Assembly (NCBI RefSeq): GCF_036013475.1 | Contig: NC_088636.1 | Span: 391,066-455,065 of the forward strand | Direction of reading: 5' to 3' | Length of the DNA stretch: 64,000 bases | From: Columba livia | Lineage: Eukaryota | Shown here: in pieces, positions 1-11,269 of the stretch | How positions within the stretch are numbered: position 1 is the first letter of the stretch | Layout: each line of letters begins with the position of its first letter | Program-made: the position numbers and the translations under genes | Notes under the pieces: generated by a model | Seen by the model: only the letters and a program-made list of their open reading frames with translations | Database searches by the model: none | Told to the model about the DNA's origin: nothing

Positions 1-1270
1 CAAATAACCCAATTTTGGGGTCAAATGTCCTGTATTTGGGGTCAAATAACCCATTTTTAGGGTCAAATAGCCCATTTTTAGGGTCACCGAGTCCATTTTT
101 GGGGTCAAATAACCCATTTTTGGGGGTCAAATAACCCATTTTTGGGGCCAAATAACCCATTTTTGGGGTCAAACAACCCAATTTTGGGGTCAAGCAAGCC
201 ATTTCTGGGGGTCAAACAAGCCATTTTTGGGGTCAAATAGCCCATTTTTGGGGTCAAACAGCCCATTTTTGGGGTCACCGAGTCCATTTTTGGGGCCAAA
301 TAACCCATTTTTAGGGTCAAATATCCCCTTTTTGGGGTCAAACAAGCCATTTTTGGGCTCAAATAGTCCATTTTTGGGGCTCAAATAGCCCATTTTTGGG
401 GTCAAATAACCCATTTTTGGGGTCAAACAAGCCATTTTTGGGGTGGCCGAGGCCGTTTCTGGGGTCACTGCGGCTGTTTTTGGGGTCAAATAACCCATTT
501 TTGGGGTTGAATAACCCATTTTTAGGGTCACTGAAGCCATTTTTGGGGTCAAACAACCCATTTTTGGGGTCAAAGAACCCATTTTTGGGGTCAAATAACC
601 CGTTTTTGGGGTCAAATAACCCGTTTTTGGGGTCAAACAAGCCGTTTTTGGGGTCAAATAACCCACTTTTAGGGCCAAATAACCCACTTTTAGGGGTCAA
701 ACAACCCATTTTGGGGTCAAATAACCCAGTTTTGGGGTGGCCGAGGCCGTTTTTGGGGTCAAACAAGCCATTTTTGGGGTCAAATAACGCATTTTTGGGG
801 GTCAAAGAATCCATTTTTGGGGCCAAATAACCCATTTTTGGGGTCAAATAACCCAATTTTGGGGTCAAACAAGCCGTTTTTGGGGGTCAAAGAATCCATT
901 TTTGGGGCCAAATAACCCATTTCTGGGGTCAAATGTCCTGTTTTTGGGGTCAAATGTCCTGTTTTTGGGGTCAAATAACCCGTTTTTGGGGTCGCCGAAG
1001 CAATTTTTGGGGTCAAATAACCACTTTTAGGGTCAAACAACCCAATTTTGGGGTCAAACAACCCAATTTTGGGGTCAAATAACCCAATTTTGGGGTCAAA
1101 CAAGCCATTTTTGGGGTTGAAAAAGCCATTTTGGCATCGAATAACCCATTTTTGGGGTCAAATAACCCATTTCTGGGGTCAAATAACCCATTTTTGGGGT
1201 CAAACAAGCCGTTTTTGGGGTCAAACAAGCCGTTTTTGGGGTCACCGGTGCCGTTTTTGGGGCGGAATAC
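1..1270. repeat. Tandem satellite, about 21-22-bp unit (GGGGTCAAATAACCCATTTTT and variants)
   Basis: Visible head-to-tail periodicity across the whole segment. The ORFs on both strands are repeat artefacts. Confidence 0.9.
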
Positions 1271-1280
1271 CCGTTTTTGG

Positions 1281-1417
1281 TCAGGTGGTGCGCGCGCGGG
1301 CGCCGGGCGGGAAGAGGTCGAGGCCGGTGCGCAGGATCTGCTGCTCCAGCGCCTGGTGCCGCTTCATGTCCCACAGCACCTTGTCCAGCGCCGCGCGCCG
1401 CGCCACGCGGCCGGCCC
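1281..1417 (-). CDS. PAGR1: PAGR1 terminal coding exon (stop at 1281-1283)
   Basis: The acceptor is tttcggcag at 1418-1419 on the minus strand. The translation is [45 protein letters not shown], compared with human [30 protein letters not shown]. Confidence 0.8.
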
Positions 1418-1426
1418 CTGCCGAAA

Positions 1427-2770
1427 CACCCCAAATCAGACCAAATCCACCCAAATCAGCCCAAATCTGCACCTTGTCCAGCGCCGCGCGCCGCGCCACG
1501 CGGCCGGCCCCTGCCGAAAACACACCAAATCAGACCAAATCCACCCAAATCCACCCAAATCTGCACCTTGTCCAGCGCCGCGCGCCGCGCCACGCGACCG
1601 GCCCCTGCCGAAAACACACCAAATCAGACCAAATCCACCCAAATCCACCCAAATCTGCACCTTGTCCAGCGCCGCGCGCCGCGCCACGCGGCCGGCCCCT
1701 GCCGAAACACCCCAAATCAGACCAAATCCACCCAAATCCACCCAAATCTGCACCTTGTCCAGCGCCGCGCGCCGCGCCACGCGACCGCCCCCTGCCCAAA
1801 TACCCCAAATCAGACCAAATCTGCCCATATCTGACCAAATCTGCCCAAATCCGCCCAAATCTGCACCTTGTCCAGCGCCGCGCGCCGCGCCACGCGACCG
1901 GCCCCTGCAAATACACCAAATCAGACCAAATCTGCCCAAATCAGCCCAAATCTGCACCTTGTCCAGCGCCGCGCGCCGCGCCACGCGACCGGCCCCTGCC
2001 GAAATACACCAAATCAGACCAAATCAGACCAAATCTGCACCGCGCCACGCGACCAACCCCTGCCGAAACACCCCAAATCAGCCCAAATCTGCCCAAATCT
2101 GCCCAAATCAGCCCAAATCAGCCCAAATCTGCCCAAATCTGCCCAAATCAGACCAAATCTGCCCAAATCTGCACCCTGTCCAGCGCCGCGCGCCGCGCCA
2201 CGCGACCGCCCCCTGCCCAAATACCCCAAATCAGACCAAATCTGACCAAATCAGCTCAAATCCGCCCAAATCAGCCCAAATCCGCCCCAAATCAGCCCAA
2301 ATCGGCCCAAATCAGCTCAAATCCGCCCCAAATCCGCCCCAAATCCACCCCGCGCCACGCGACCGCCCCCTGCAAATACACCAAATCAGACCAAGTCAGC
2401 CCAAATCTGCACCGCGCCACGCGACCGGCCCCTGCCGAAAACAGCACAAATCAGCCCAAATCTGCCCAAATCCACCCCAAATCCGCCCCAAATCCGCCCC
2501 GCGCCACGCGACCGCCCCCTGCCCAAAATACACCAAATCAGCCCAAATCAGCCCAAATCTGCACCGCGCCACGCGACCCGCCCCTGCCAAAAATACACCA
2601 AATCAGCCCAAATCTGCCCAAATCCACCCCAAATCCACAAAAATCAGCCCAAATCAGCCCAAATCCGCCCCAAATCCACCCAAAATCCGCCCCAAATCCG
2701 CCCCAAATCAGCCCAAATCTGCACCGCGCCACGCGCCCGCTCCCTGCCAAAAACAGCCCCTTTCAGCCCA
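1427..2770. repeat. Tandem array of about 120-bp units (plus truncated roughly 60-bp units) that copies the PAGR1 exon-3 acceptor and its first 45 nt
   Basis: Each unit contains caccttgtccagcgccgcgcgccgcgccacgcgRccgScccctgccgaaa, which is the reverse complement of the PAGR1 acceptor plus exon 3 start, followed by (accaaatcNNcccaaatc)n. Confidence 0.85.
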
Positions 2771-3010
2771 AATCTGCACCATGGGGGGGGTTGGGGGGGG
2801 GTTGGGGGGGTTTGGAGGGATTGAGGGGGGGTTGAGGGGGGGTTTGGGGGGGTTGGGGGGGGGTTGAGGGGGGGTTGGGGGGGATTGAGGGGGGTTGGGG
2901 GGGGTTTGAGGGGGGGTTTGGGGGGGGTTGGGGGGGTTTGGAGGGATTTAGGGGGGGTTTGGGGGGTTTGGGGGGGGTTTTTGGGGGGTTTTTTAGGGAG
3001 TTTTGGGGGG
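2771..3010. repeat. G-rich tract (G5-9 T/A)n
   Basis: Runs of gggggggg separated by tt or a. It has G-quadruplex potential on the plus strand. Confidence 0.8.
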
Positions 3011-3039
3011 AAAGGCGTTGGGGTCAATGGGTGATGTGT

Positions 3040-4262
3040 GGGGGGTAATTAAGGGGTTAACTAAGGGGTTAACTAAGGGACTAACGAGGGCAGTAGCGGT
3101 AATTAGGGGCTAACGAGGGCAGTGAAGCGGTAATTAGGGGCTAACGAGGGCAGTGAAGGGGTAATTAGGGGCTAACGAGGGCAGTGAAGCGGTAATTAGG
3201 GGCTAACGAGGGCAGTGAAGCGGTAATTAGGGGCTAACGAGGGCAGTGGAGCGGTAATTAGGAGCTAACGAGGGCAGTGAAGGGGTAATTAGGGGCTAAC
3301 GAGGGCAGTGGGGGTAATTAGGGGCTAACGAGGGCAGTGGGGTAATTAGGGGCTAACGAGGGCAGTAGCGGTAATTAGGGGCTAACGAGGGCAGTGGGGG
3401 TAATTAGGGGCTAACGAGGGCAGTAGCGGTAATTAGGGGCTAACGAGGGCAGTAGCGGTAATTAGGGGCTAACGAGGGCAGTGAAGGGGTAATTAGGGGC
3501 TAACGAGGGCAGTGAAGGGGTAATTAGGGGCTAACGAGGGCAGTGGGGGTAATTAGGGGCTAACGAGGGCAGTGGGGGTAATTAGGGGCTAACGAGGGCA
3601 GTGGGGGTAATTAGGGGCTAACGAGGGCAGTGGGGGTAATTAGGGGCTAACGAGGGCAGTGGGGGTAATTAGGGGCTAACGAGGGCAGTGGGGGTAATTA
3701 GGGGCTAACGAGGGCAGTGGGGGTAATTAGGGGCTAACGAGGGCAGTGGGGGTAATTAGGGGCTAACGAGGGCAGTGGAGCAGTAATTAGGGGCTAACGA
3801 GGGCAGTGAAGGGGTAATTAGGGGCTAACGAGGGCAGTGGAGCGGTAATTAGGGGCTAACGAGGGCAGTAGAGCGGTAATTAGGGGCTAACGAGGGCAGT
3901 GGAGCAGTAATTAGGGGCTAACGAGGGCAGTGAAGGGGTAATTAGGGGCTAACGAGGGCAGTGGAGTGGTAATTAGGGGCTAACGAGGGCAGTGAAGGGG
4001 TAATTAGGGGCTAACGAGGGCAGTGGAGCAGTAATTAGGGGCTAACGAGGGCAGTGAAGGGGTAATTAGGGGCTACCGAGGGCAGTAGAGCGGTAATTAG
4101 GGGCTAACGAGGGCAGTGGAGTGGTAATTAGGGGCTAACGAGGGCAGTGGAGTGGTAATTAGGGGCTAACGAGGGCAGTGAAGCGGTAATTAGGGGCTAA
4201 CGAGGGCAGTGGGGGTAATTAGGGGCTAACGAGGGCAGTGGAGTGGTAATTAGGGGCTAACG
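3040..4262. repeat. Tandem satellite, about 31-bp unit (GGTAATTAGGGGCTAACGAGGGCAGTGAAGC)
   Basis: About 38 near-identical copies, with variants containing gtagcg and gtggag. Confidence 0.9.
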
Positions 4263-4270
4263 AGGCTCAC

Positions 4271-4353
4271 CGTGTGCGCGGCGCCGGTCGATCAGCGGCC
4301 GCTGCGGCGCCACCGGCTCGTCCTCAAACTCGAACTGCGGCACCACCGGGGGC
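4271..4353 (-). CDS. PAGR1: PAGR1 coding exon 2
   Basis: The acceptor is cccgcag and the donor is GTGAGC on the minus strand. The translation is KPPVVPQFEFEDEPVAPQRPLIDRRRAH, compared with human [24 protein letters not shown]. Phases link exon 1 (2 nt) and exon 3 (1 nt over). Confidence 0.8.
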
Positions 4354-4374
4354 CTGCGGGACAACGGCCGCTCA

Positions 4375-5600
4375 CCGGGGGCGGGGCCTGGGGGGGGCGG
4401 GGCCAGGGGGGCGGGGTCCATGGGGGCACACGGTCCAATGGGGGGGCAGCGTCCAAGTTGGAGGGGGGCGGGGTCCAAGGTGGAGGGGGCAGGGTCCAAG
4501 GTGGAGGGGGTGGGGCCCATGGAGGGGGCGGGGCCCAAGGTGGAGGGGGGCGGGGTCCAAGGTAGATGGGGGCGGGGCCCAAGGTGGAGGGGGCGGGGTC
4601 CAAGGTAGAGGGGGGCGGGGCCATGGAGGGGGGCGGGGTCCAAGGTGGATGGGGCGGGGCCCATGGAGGGGGGCGGGGTCCAAAGTGGATGGGGCAGGGC
4701 CCATGGAGGGGGGCGGGGTCCAAAGTGGATGGGTCGGGGCCAATGGAGGGGGGCGGGGTCCAAGGTGGAGGGGGGGCGGGGTCCAAGTGGATGGGGCGGG
4801 GCCCATGGAGGGGGCGGGGCCTAAGGTGGAGGGGGCGGGGTCCAAAGTGGATGGGGCGGGGCCCATGGAGGGGGGCGGGGTCCAAGGTGGAGGGGGGGCG
4901 GGGTCCAAAGTGGATGGGGCGGGGCCCATGGAGGGGGGCGGGGTCCAAGGTGGCGGGGGGACGGGGTCCAAAGTGGATGGGGCGGGGCCCAAGGTGGAGG
5001 GGGGCGGGGCCCCAGGTGGAGGGGGCGGGGCACATGGAGGGGGGGCGGGGTCCAAGGTGGAGAGGGGCAGGGTCCAACGTAGAGGGGGCGGGGCCCATGG
5101 AGGGGGGGCAGGGTCCAATGTGGCGGGGGGCGGGGTCCAAGGTGGAGGGGGTGGGGCCCATGGAGGGGGCGGGGTCCAAGGTGGAGGGGCGGGGTCCAAA
5201 GTGGATGGGGCGGGGCCTATGGAGGGGGGCGGGGTCCAAGGTGGAGGGGGGGCGGGGTCCAAAGTGGATGGGGCGGGGCCTATGGAGGGGGGAGGGGTCC
5301 AAGGTGGAGGGGGGGCGGGGTCCAAGGTGGATGGGGCGGGGCCCATGGAGGGGGGAGGGGTCCAAGGTGGAGGGGGGGCGGGGTCCAAAGTGGATGGGGA
5401 TGGGCCCATGGAGGGGGGCAGGGTCCAAGGTGGAGGGGGGGCGGGGCCCCAGGTGGAGGGGGGCGGGGCCCATGGAGGGGGGCGGGGTCCAAAGTGGATG
5501 GGGGTGGGCCCATGGAGGGGGGCGGGGTCCAAGGTGGAGGGGGGGCGGGGTCCAAGGTGGATGGGGCGGGGCCCCAGGTGGAGGGGGGCGGGGCCCATGG
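4375..5600. repeat. Tandem satellite, about 39-bp unit (GGGGCGGGGTCCAAGGTGGAG + GGGGCGGGGCCCATGGAG)
   Basis: A regular alternation of TCCAAGGTGGA and CCCATGGAG sub-units sits within PAGR1 intron 1. The long ORFs here are artefacts. Confidence 0.9.
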
Positions 5601-5960
5601 AGGGGCCAGGAGTTCTGAGGGACCCAAATAGGGGACCCAGGAGTTCTGAGGGACCCAGGCGTCCGGGAGAGGGCCCAAATAGGGGACCCAGGAGTTCTGA
5701 GGGACCCAAGTAGGGGACCCAGGCGTTCGGGAGGGACCCAAGTAAGGGACCCAGGCATTCGCGAGGGACCCAAGTAGGTGACCCAGGCGTTCGGGAGGGA
5801 CCCAAATAGGGGACCCAGGCGTTCGGGAGGGACCCAAGTAAGGGACCCAGGCGTTCGGGAGGGACCCAAGTAGGGGACCCAGGCGTTCGGGAGGGACCCA
5901 AGTAGGGGACCCAGGCGCTCGGGAGGGACCCAAGTAGGGGACCCAGGCGCTCGGGAGGGA
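5600..5960. repeat. Tandem satellite, about 33-bp unit (GGGACCCAAGTAGGGGACCCAGGCGTTCGGGAG)
   Basis: About 10 copies. It belongs to the GGGACCCAGG family. Confidence 0.85.
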
Positions 5961-5977
5961 CCCAGCCCCGCCCTCAC

Positions 5978-6282
5978 TTGTCCGGCCTCTCCTGCGGCGG
6001 CTCCTCGCTGCTCTCGCAGGCGGGCGCCGCCTCCCGCAGGGGGGTGGGCGGTCTCCGCGGCCTGGCCGGCCGCCGCAGCTCCAGCGTGCCGCGCTGCGCG
6101 ATCAGCTCCAGCAGCCGCCGGATCTCGGGGGGCGCGGGCGCCCACCCCCCGCCTTCCTCCTCCTCCTCCTCCTCATCGCTGCGCGGCACGCACCAATCAG
6201 CGTCGTCCGTGGCCCAATTGGCGGCGGCGGCGGACCAATGGGCGTCCGAGGGGGCGGGGCCGGGGGCGGGGTCGGCGTCCAT
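5978..6282 (-). CDS. PAGR1: PAXIP1-associated glutamate-rich protein 1 (PA1), coding exon 1 including the start codon
   Basis: Minus-strand ATG at 6282-6280. The translation is [101 protein letters not shown]. It matches the conserved PA1 core DWCVPCSDEE...[20 protein letters not shown]...PRRPPTPE. The exon ends at a GTGAGG donor; the apparent TGA stop belongs to that donor. It is phase 2, which is consistent with exon 2. Confidence 0.8.
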
Positions 6283-6389
6283 CGTGGCGGGCGCGGGGGG
6301 GGGGCGGGGAATTGGCGGGAAGGGCGGGCTCGGCCGCCATGGCTGCGGAGCGGGAAACGGCCTGCGGAAACGGGGCTGAGTCAAAAAAT

Positions 6390-7250
6390 GGGGATTTATG
6401 TAAAAAATCGGGGGGTTGCCTCAAAAAATGGGGGGTTTACCTCAGTAAATGGGGGGTTTGCCTCAAAAAATGGGGGGTTTACGTCAAAAAATGGGGGATT
6501 TACCTCAATAAATGGGGGATCTACGTCAAAAAATGAGGGGTTTGCCTCAAAAAATGGTGATTTACCTCAAAAAATGAGGATTTACCTCAAAATATGGGGG
6601 GTTTGCCTCAAAAAATGGTGATTTACCTCAAAAAATGGGGATTTACCTCAATAAATGGGGATTTACCTCAATAAATGGGGATTTACGTCAAAAAATGGGG
6701 ATTTACCTCAATAAATGGGGGATTTACCTCAAAAAATGGTGATTTACCTCAAAAAATGAGGGATTTACCTCAATAAATGGGGATTTACCTGAAAAAATGA
6801 GGGATTTACCTCAAAAAATGAGGATTTACCTCAAAAAATGAGGGATTTACCTCAAAAAATGAGGATTTACCTCAAAAAATGAGGGATTTACCTCAAAAAA
6901 TGGGCATTTACCTCAAAAAATGGTGATTTACCTCAAAAAATTGGGATTTACCTCAATAAATGGGGATTTACCTCAAAAAATGGGGATTTACCTCAATAAA
7001 TGGGGGATTTACCTCAATAAATGGGGGATTTACCTCAAAAAATGAGGATTTACCTCAAAAAAATGAGGGATTTACCTCAAAAAAGGGATTTACCTCAAAA
7101 AATGGGGATTTATGGCAAAAAATGGAGATTTATGTTCAAAAAATGGGGGGTTTGCCTCAAAAACGGGGATATTTACCCCAAAAATGGGTCATTTACCTCA
7201 CAAATTCAATTATTTGCCTGAAAAATGGGTTATTTGCCCCAAAAAATCAA
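6390..7250. repeat. Tandem satellite, about 30-33-bp unit (TCAAAAAATGGGGATTTACCTCAATAAATGGGG)
   Basis: Regular periodicity. It is AT-richer than the surrounding sequence. Confidence 0.9.
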
Positions 7251-7279
7251 ACTGGTCTGTACTGGGGTCACTGGTCTAT

Positions 7280-7620
7280 ATTGGGAATGGGGGTCACTGG
7301 CTCCTACCGGCTCCGGCGTCTCCTCAATGGCGGCGGCGTCGGCGATGGGGGGGGCGCGTCCCCTCTCTCCCCGCCCACCCCTTCATCCGCCCAATCACCG
7401 CGCTCTCCCTTCCCCACATCGCCCTCTCATTGGCCGCCCCACTTTAACCCCGCCCCCTTCCTGGCACGCCCGCTTCCTTTCACTTCACCTCCCTCCCCGC
7501 GCATGCGCGCCCCGTCCTCCGGCGGGTTCCACTTCCGGTTGGCCGCCAGCGCCATCTTGGATCCGGGGCGGCGGGAAAAGCGGCGGCACCGGGGGGTCCC
7601 CCCCCCCCCCAGGGTGATTT
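7280..7620. promoter_or_regulatory. CpG-island promoter, probably bidirectional (PAGR1 on the minus strand, a TAOK2 5' non-coding exon on the plus strand)
   Basis: A unique GC-rich block lies between satellites. It contains a CCAAT box at 7391-7395 and an inverted one at 7428-7433, an NRF1 site GCGCATGCGC at 7499-7508, an ETS/GABP site CACTTCCGG at 7530-7538 and a YY1 core GCCATCTTGG at 7551-7560. Downstream on the plus strand are tandem GAGAACGGT repeats with GGTGAG donors (7757-7790) that could end a 5' UTR exon. Confidence 0.45.
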
Positions 7621-7779
7621 TGGGGTGAAATCGGCGCTTTTTGGGGCTCCCCGGAGCGGGGGGGGCGGCCGGACCCCCCCCCCGGAGCTGCAGCCGCCGG
7701 GGGGGGGAAACCTATGGGGCCGGGCGGGACCCACAAGCGGAGACAGCGGAGAGAACGGTGAGAACGGTGAGAACGGTGA

Positions 7780-8640
7780 GCGGCTGGGGGCGCTTGTGGG
7801 GCAGAACCGGGTCCTCTGGGCACTTGTGGGGCAGAACCGGGCACTTGTGGGGCAGAATGGGGTCACTGAGTCACTTATGGGGCGGAACCGGGCACTTATG
7901 GGGCAGAACCGGGCACTTGTGGGGCAGAACCGGGCACTTGTGGGGCAGAACTGGGCACTTGTGGGGCAGAACTGGGCACTTGTGGGGCAGAATGGGGTCA
8001 CTGAGTCACTTATGGGGCAGAACCGGGCACTTGTGGGGCAGAACCGGGCACTTGTGGGGCAGAACCGGGCACTTGTGGGGCAGAACCGGGCACTTGTGGG
8101 GCAGAACTGGGCACTTATGGGGCAGAATGGGGTCACTGATTCACTTGTGGGGCAGAACCGGCACTTGTGGGGCAGAATGGGGTCACTGAGTCACTTATGG
8201 GGCGGAACGGGCACTTATGGGGCAGAACTGGGCACTTATGGGGCAGAACTGGGCACTTATGGGGGCAGAATGGGGTCACTGAGTCACTTGTGGGGCAGAA
8301 CCGGGCACTTGTGGGGCAGAACCGGGCACTTGTGGGGCAGAATGGGGTCACTGATTCACTTGTGGGGCAGAACTGGGCACTTATGGGGCAGAATGGGGTC
8401 ACTGATTCACTTGTGGGGCAGAACTGGGCACTTGTGGGGCAGAATGGGGTCACTGAGTCACTTATGGGGCAGAAACTGGGCACTTATGGGGCAGAACTGG
8501 GCACTTATGGGGCAGAATGGGGTCACTGAGTCACTTGTGGGGCAGAACTGGGTGCTCTGGGCACTTATGGGGCAGAACTGGGCACTTGTGGGGCAGAGTT
8601 GGGTCCTCTGGGCACTTGTGGGGCAGAACCGGGCACTTGT
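7780..8640. repeat. Tandem satellite, 21-bp unit (CACTTGTGGGGCAGAACCGGG) with the variant GGGGTCACTGAGTCACTTATGG
   Basis: Head-to-tail copies within a TAOK2 5' intron. Confidence 0.9.
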
Positions 8641-9740
8641 GGGCAGAACCCCAGTCACTTATGGGTCAGGATTTGGCCCCCTGGGTCACTTATGGGTCAG
8701 GATTTGGCCCCCTGGGTCACTTATGGGTCAGGATTTGGACCCTGGGTCACTTATGGGGCAGAACCCCAGTCACTTATGGGTCAGGATTTGGCCCCCTGGG
8801 TCACTTATGGGTCAGGATTTGGTCCCCTGGGTCACTTATGGGTCAGGATTTGGCCCCCTGGGTCACTTATGGGGCAGGATTTGGACCCCTGGGTCACTTA
8901 TGGGTCAGGATTTGGCCCCCTGGGTCACTTATGGGTCAGGATTTGGTCCCCTGGGTCACTTATGGGTCAGGATTTGGCCCCCTGGGTCACTTATGGGTCA
9001 GGATTTGGCCCCCTGGGTCACTTATGGGGCAGGATTTGGCCCCCTGGGTCACTTATGGGGCAGGATTTGGCCCCCTGGGTCACTTATGGGTCAGGATTTG
9101 GCCCCCTGGGTCACTTATGGGTCAGGATTTGGCCACCTGGGTCACTTATGGGGCAGAACCCCAGTCACTTATGGGTCAGGATTTGGCCCCCTGGGTCACT
9201 TATGGGTCAGGATTTGGCCCCCTGGGTCACTTATGGGGCAGGATTTGGCCCCCTGGGTCACTTATGGGTCAGGATTTGGCCCCCTGGGTCACTTATGGGT
9301 CAGGATTTGGCCCCCTGGGTCACTTATGGGGCAGAACCCGAGTCACTTATGGGTCAGGATTTGGCCCCCTGGGTCACTTATGGGTCAGGATTTGGTCCCC
9401 TGGGTCACTTATGGGTCAGGATTTGCCCCCCTGGGTCACTTATGGGTCAGGATTTGCCCCCCTGGGTCACTTATGGGGCAGGATTTGGTCCCCTGGGTCA
9501 CTTATGGGGCAGGATTTGGCCCCCTGGGTCACTTATGGGGCAGAACCCGAGTCACTTATGGGGTCAGGATTTGGCCCCCTGGGTCACTTATGGGGCAGGA
9601 TTTGGCCCCCTGGGTCACTTATGGGTCAGGATTTGGCCCCCTGGGTCACTTATGGGTCAGGATTTGGACCCCTGGGTCACTTATGGGGCAGGATTTGGCC
9701 CCCTGGGTCACTTATGGGGCAGAACCGCAGTCACTTATGG
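8640..9740. repeat. Tandem satellite, about 31-bp unit (GGGTCACTTATGGGTCAGGATTTGGCCCCCT)
   Basis: About 35 copies. Confidence 0.9.
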
Positions 9741-9892
9741 GGCAGCACGTCTCTCCTCCTGCAGGCCGCCTCCCGCCCCGTCCCGTGGGGCGCAACGTGG
9801 ACCTCTGCTGAGCCGTGGGGCCGCCCCATAGATTCCGTGGGGCCGCCCCATAGATTCCGTGGGGCCGCCCCATAGATTCCGTGGGTCGCGCC

Positions 9893-10002
9893 ATGCCGTC
9901 GCTCAGCCCACGGATCCCGGGCTGTTCCGCCCCGAAGATCCCGAGAGCCTGTTTGGTGACCTGCGCGAGATCGGCCACGGCAGCTTCGGCGCCGTCTACT
10001 GC
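9893..10002 (+). CDS. TAOK2: TAO kinase 2, first coding exon (putative ATG at 9893; both boundaries uncertain)
   Basis: The kinase frame 9913-9999 encodes [29 protein letters not shown], matching the TAOK1/2 N-terminus and the start of the GxGxxG loop. ATG CCG TCG (MPS, as in TAOK1 MPS...) is 1 nt out of frame with it. The only GT donors (10003 and 10008) do not give the phase-1 junction that exon 2 requires. Confidence 0.6.
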
Positions 10003-10009
10003 GTTGAGT

Positions 10010-11170
10010 GCCGCCCCATAGCGCCCCATAGCGCCCCATAGCTGCCCCATAGCGCCCCACAGCGCCCCATAGCGCCCCATAGCGCCCCATAGCGCCCCAT
10101 AGCTGCCCCATAGCTGCCCCATAGCGCCCCATAGCTGCCCATAACTGCCCCATAGCGGCCCCATAGCGGCCCCATAGCGCCCCATAGCCGCCCCATAGCG
10201 CCCCATAGCCGCCCCATAGCGCCCCATAGCCGCCCCATAGCGCCCCATAGCCACCCCATAACTGCCCCATACGCCGCCCCATAACTGCCCCATAGCGGCC
10301 CCATAGCGGCCCCATAGCGCCCCATAGCTGCCCCATAGCCGCCCCATAGGCCGCCCCATAGCCACCCCATAGCCGCCCCACAGCGCCCCATAGCGCCCCA
10401 CAGCCGCCCCATAGCGCCCCATAGCCGCCCCATAGCTGCCCCATAGCGCCCCATAGCTGCCCCATAACTGCCCCATAGCGGCCCCATAGCGGCCCCATAG
10501 CGCCCCATAGCGCCCCATAGCGCCCCATAGCGCCCCATAGCTGCCCCATAGCGCCCCATAGCTGCCCCATAACTGCCCCATACGGCCCCATAGCGGCCCC
10601 ATAGCGGCCCCATAGCGCCCCATAGCGCCCCATAGCTGCCCCATAGCCGCCCCATAGCCACCCCCATAGCCGCCCCCACCAGCGCCCCATAGCGCCCCAC
10701 AGCCGCCCCATAGCGTCCCCATAGCTGCCCCATAGCTGCCCCATAGCTGCCCCATAGCGCCCCATAGCGCCCCATAGCCGCCCCATAGCGCCCCATAGCG
10801 CCCCATAGCTGCCCCATAGCGCCCCATAGCTGCCCCATAGCGGCCCCATAGCGCCCCATAGCGCCCCATAGCTGCCCCATAGCCCGCCCCATAGCCACCC
10901 CATAGCCGCCCCACAGCGCCCCATAGCGCCCCACAGCCGCCCCATAGCGTCCCCATAGCTGCCCCATAGCGCCCCATAGTGCTCCATAGCACCCCATAGC
11001 TGCCCCATAGTGGCCCCATAGCAGCCCCATAGCTGCCCCATATCACCCCATAGCTGCCCCATAGCCGCCCCATAGCGCCCCATATCGCCCCATAGCGCCC
11101 CATAGCCGCCCCATAGCGCCCCATAGCGCCCCATAGCGCCCCATAGCTGCCCCATAGCGCCCCATATTGC
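10010..11170. repeat. Tandem satellite, 10-11-bp unit (GCCCCATAGCG/GCCCCATAGCT)
   Basis: The array starts immediately after the TAOK2 exon 1 donor and ends at the exon 2 acceptor. Confidence 0.9.
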
Positions 11171-11187
11171 CCCACAACCGCCCCCAG

Positions 11188-11258
11188 GCCGGGACCTTCG
11201 CACCAACGAACTCGTCGCAATTAAGAAAATGTCGTATGGCGGGAAACGATCTGACGAG
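11188..11258 (+). CDS. TAOK2: TAOK2 coding exon 2
   Basis: The acceptor is cgcccccag and the donor is GTAACT. The translation is (x)RDLRTNELVAIKKMSYGGKRSDE, compared with human ARDVRNSEVVAIKKMSYSGKQSNE (the VAIK lysine). Confidence 0.85.
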
Positions 11259-11269
11259 GTAACTGAGAC

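Noticed and set aside
4292-6145. ORFs of 479-617 aa over the GGGGCGGGGTCCAAGGTGGAG array (Pro-rich on the minus strand, Gly-rich on the plus strand).
   Set aside because: Satellite artefacts inside PAGR1 intron 1. Only 4271-4353 and 5978-6282 show conserved PA1 sequence.
6197-6424. Alternative minus-strand ORF MAAEPALPANSPPPPRARHDGRRPRP... overlapping the PAGR1 start region.
   Set aside because: It is in a different frame from the conserved PA1 residues and has no conservation. It is likely 5' UTR or GC-rich noise.
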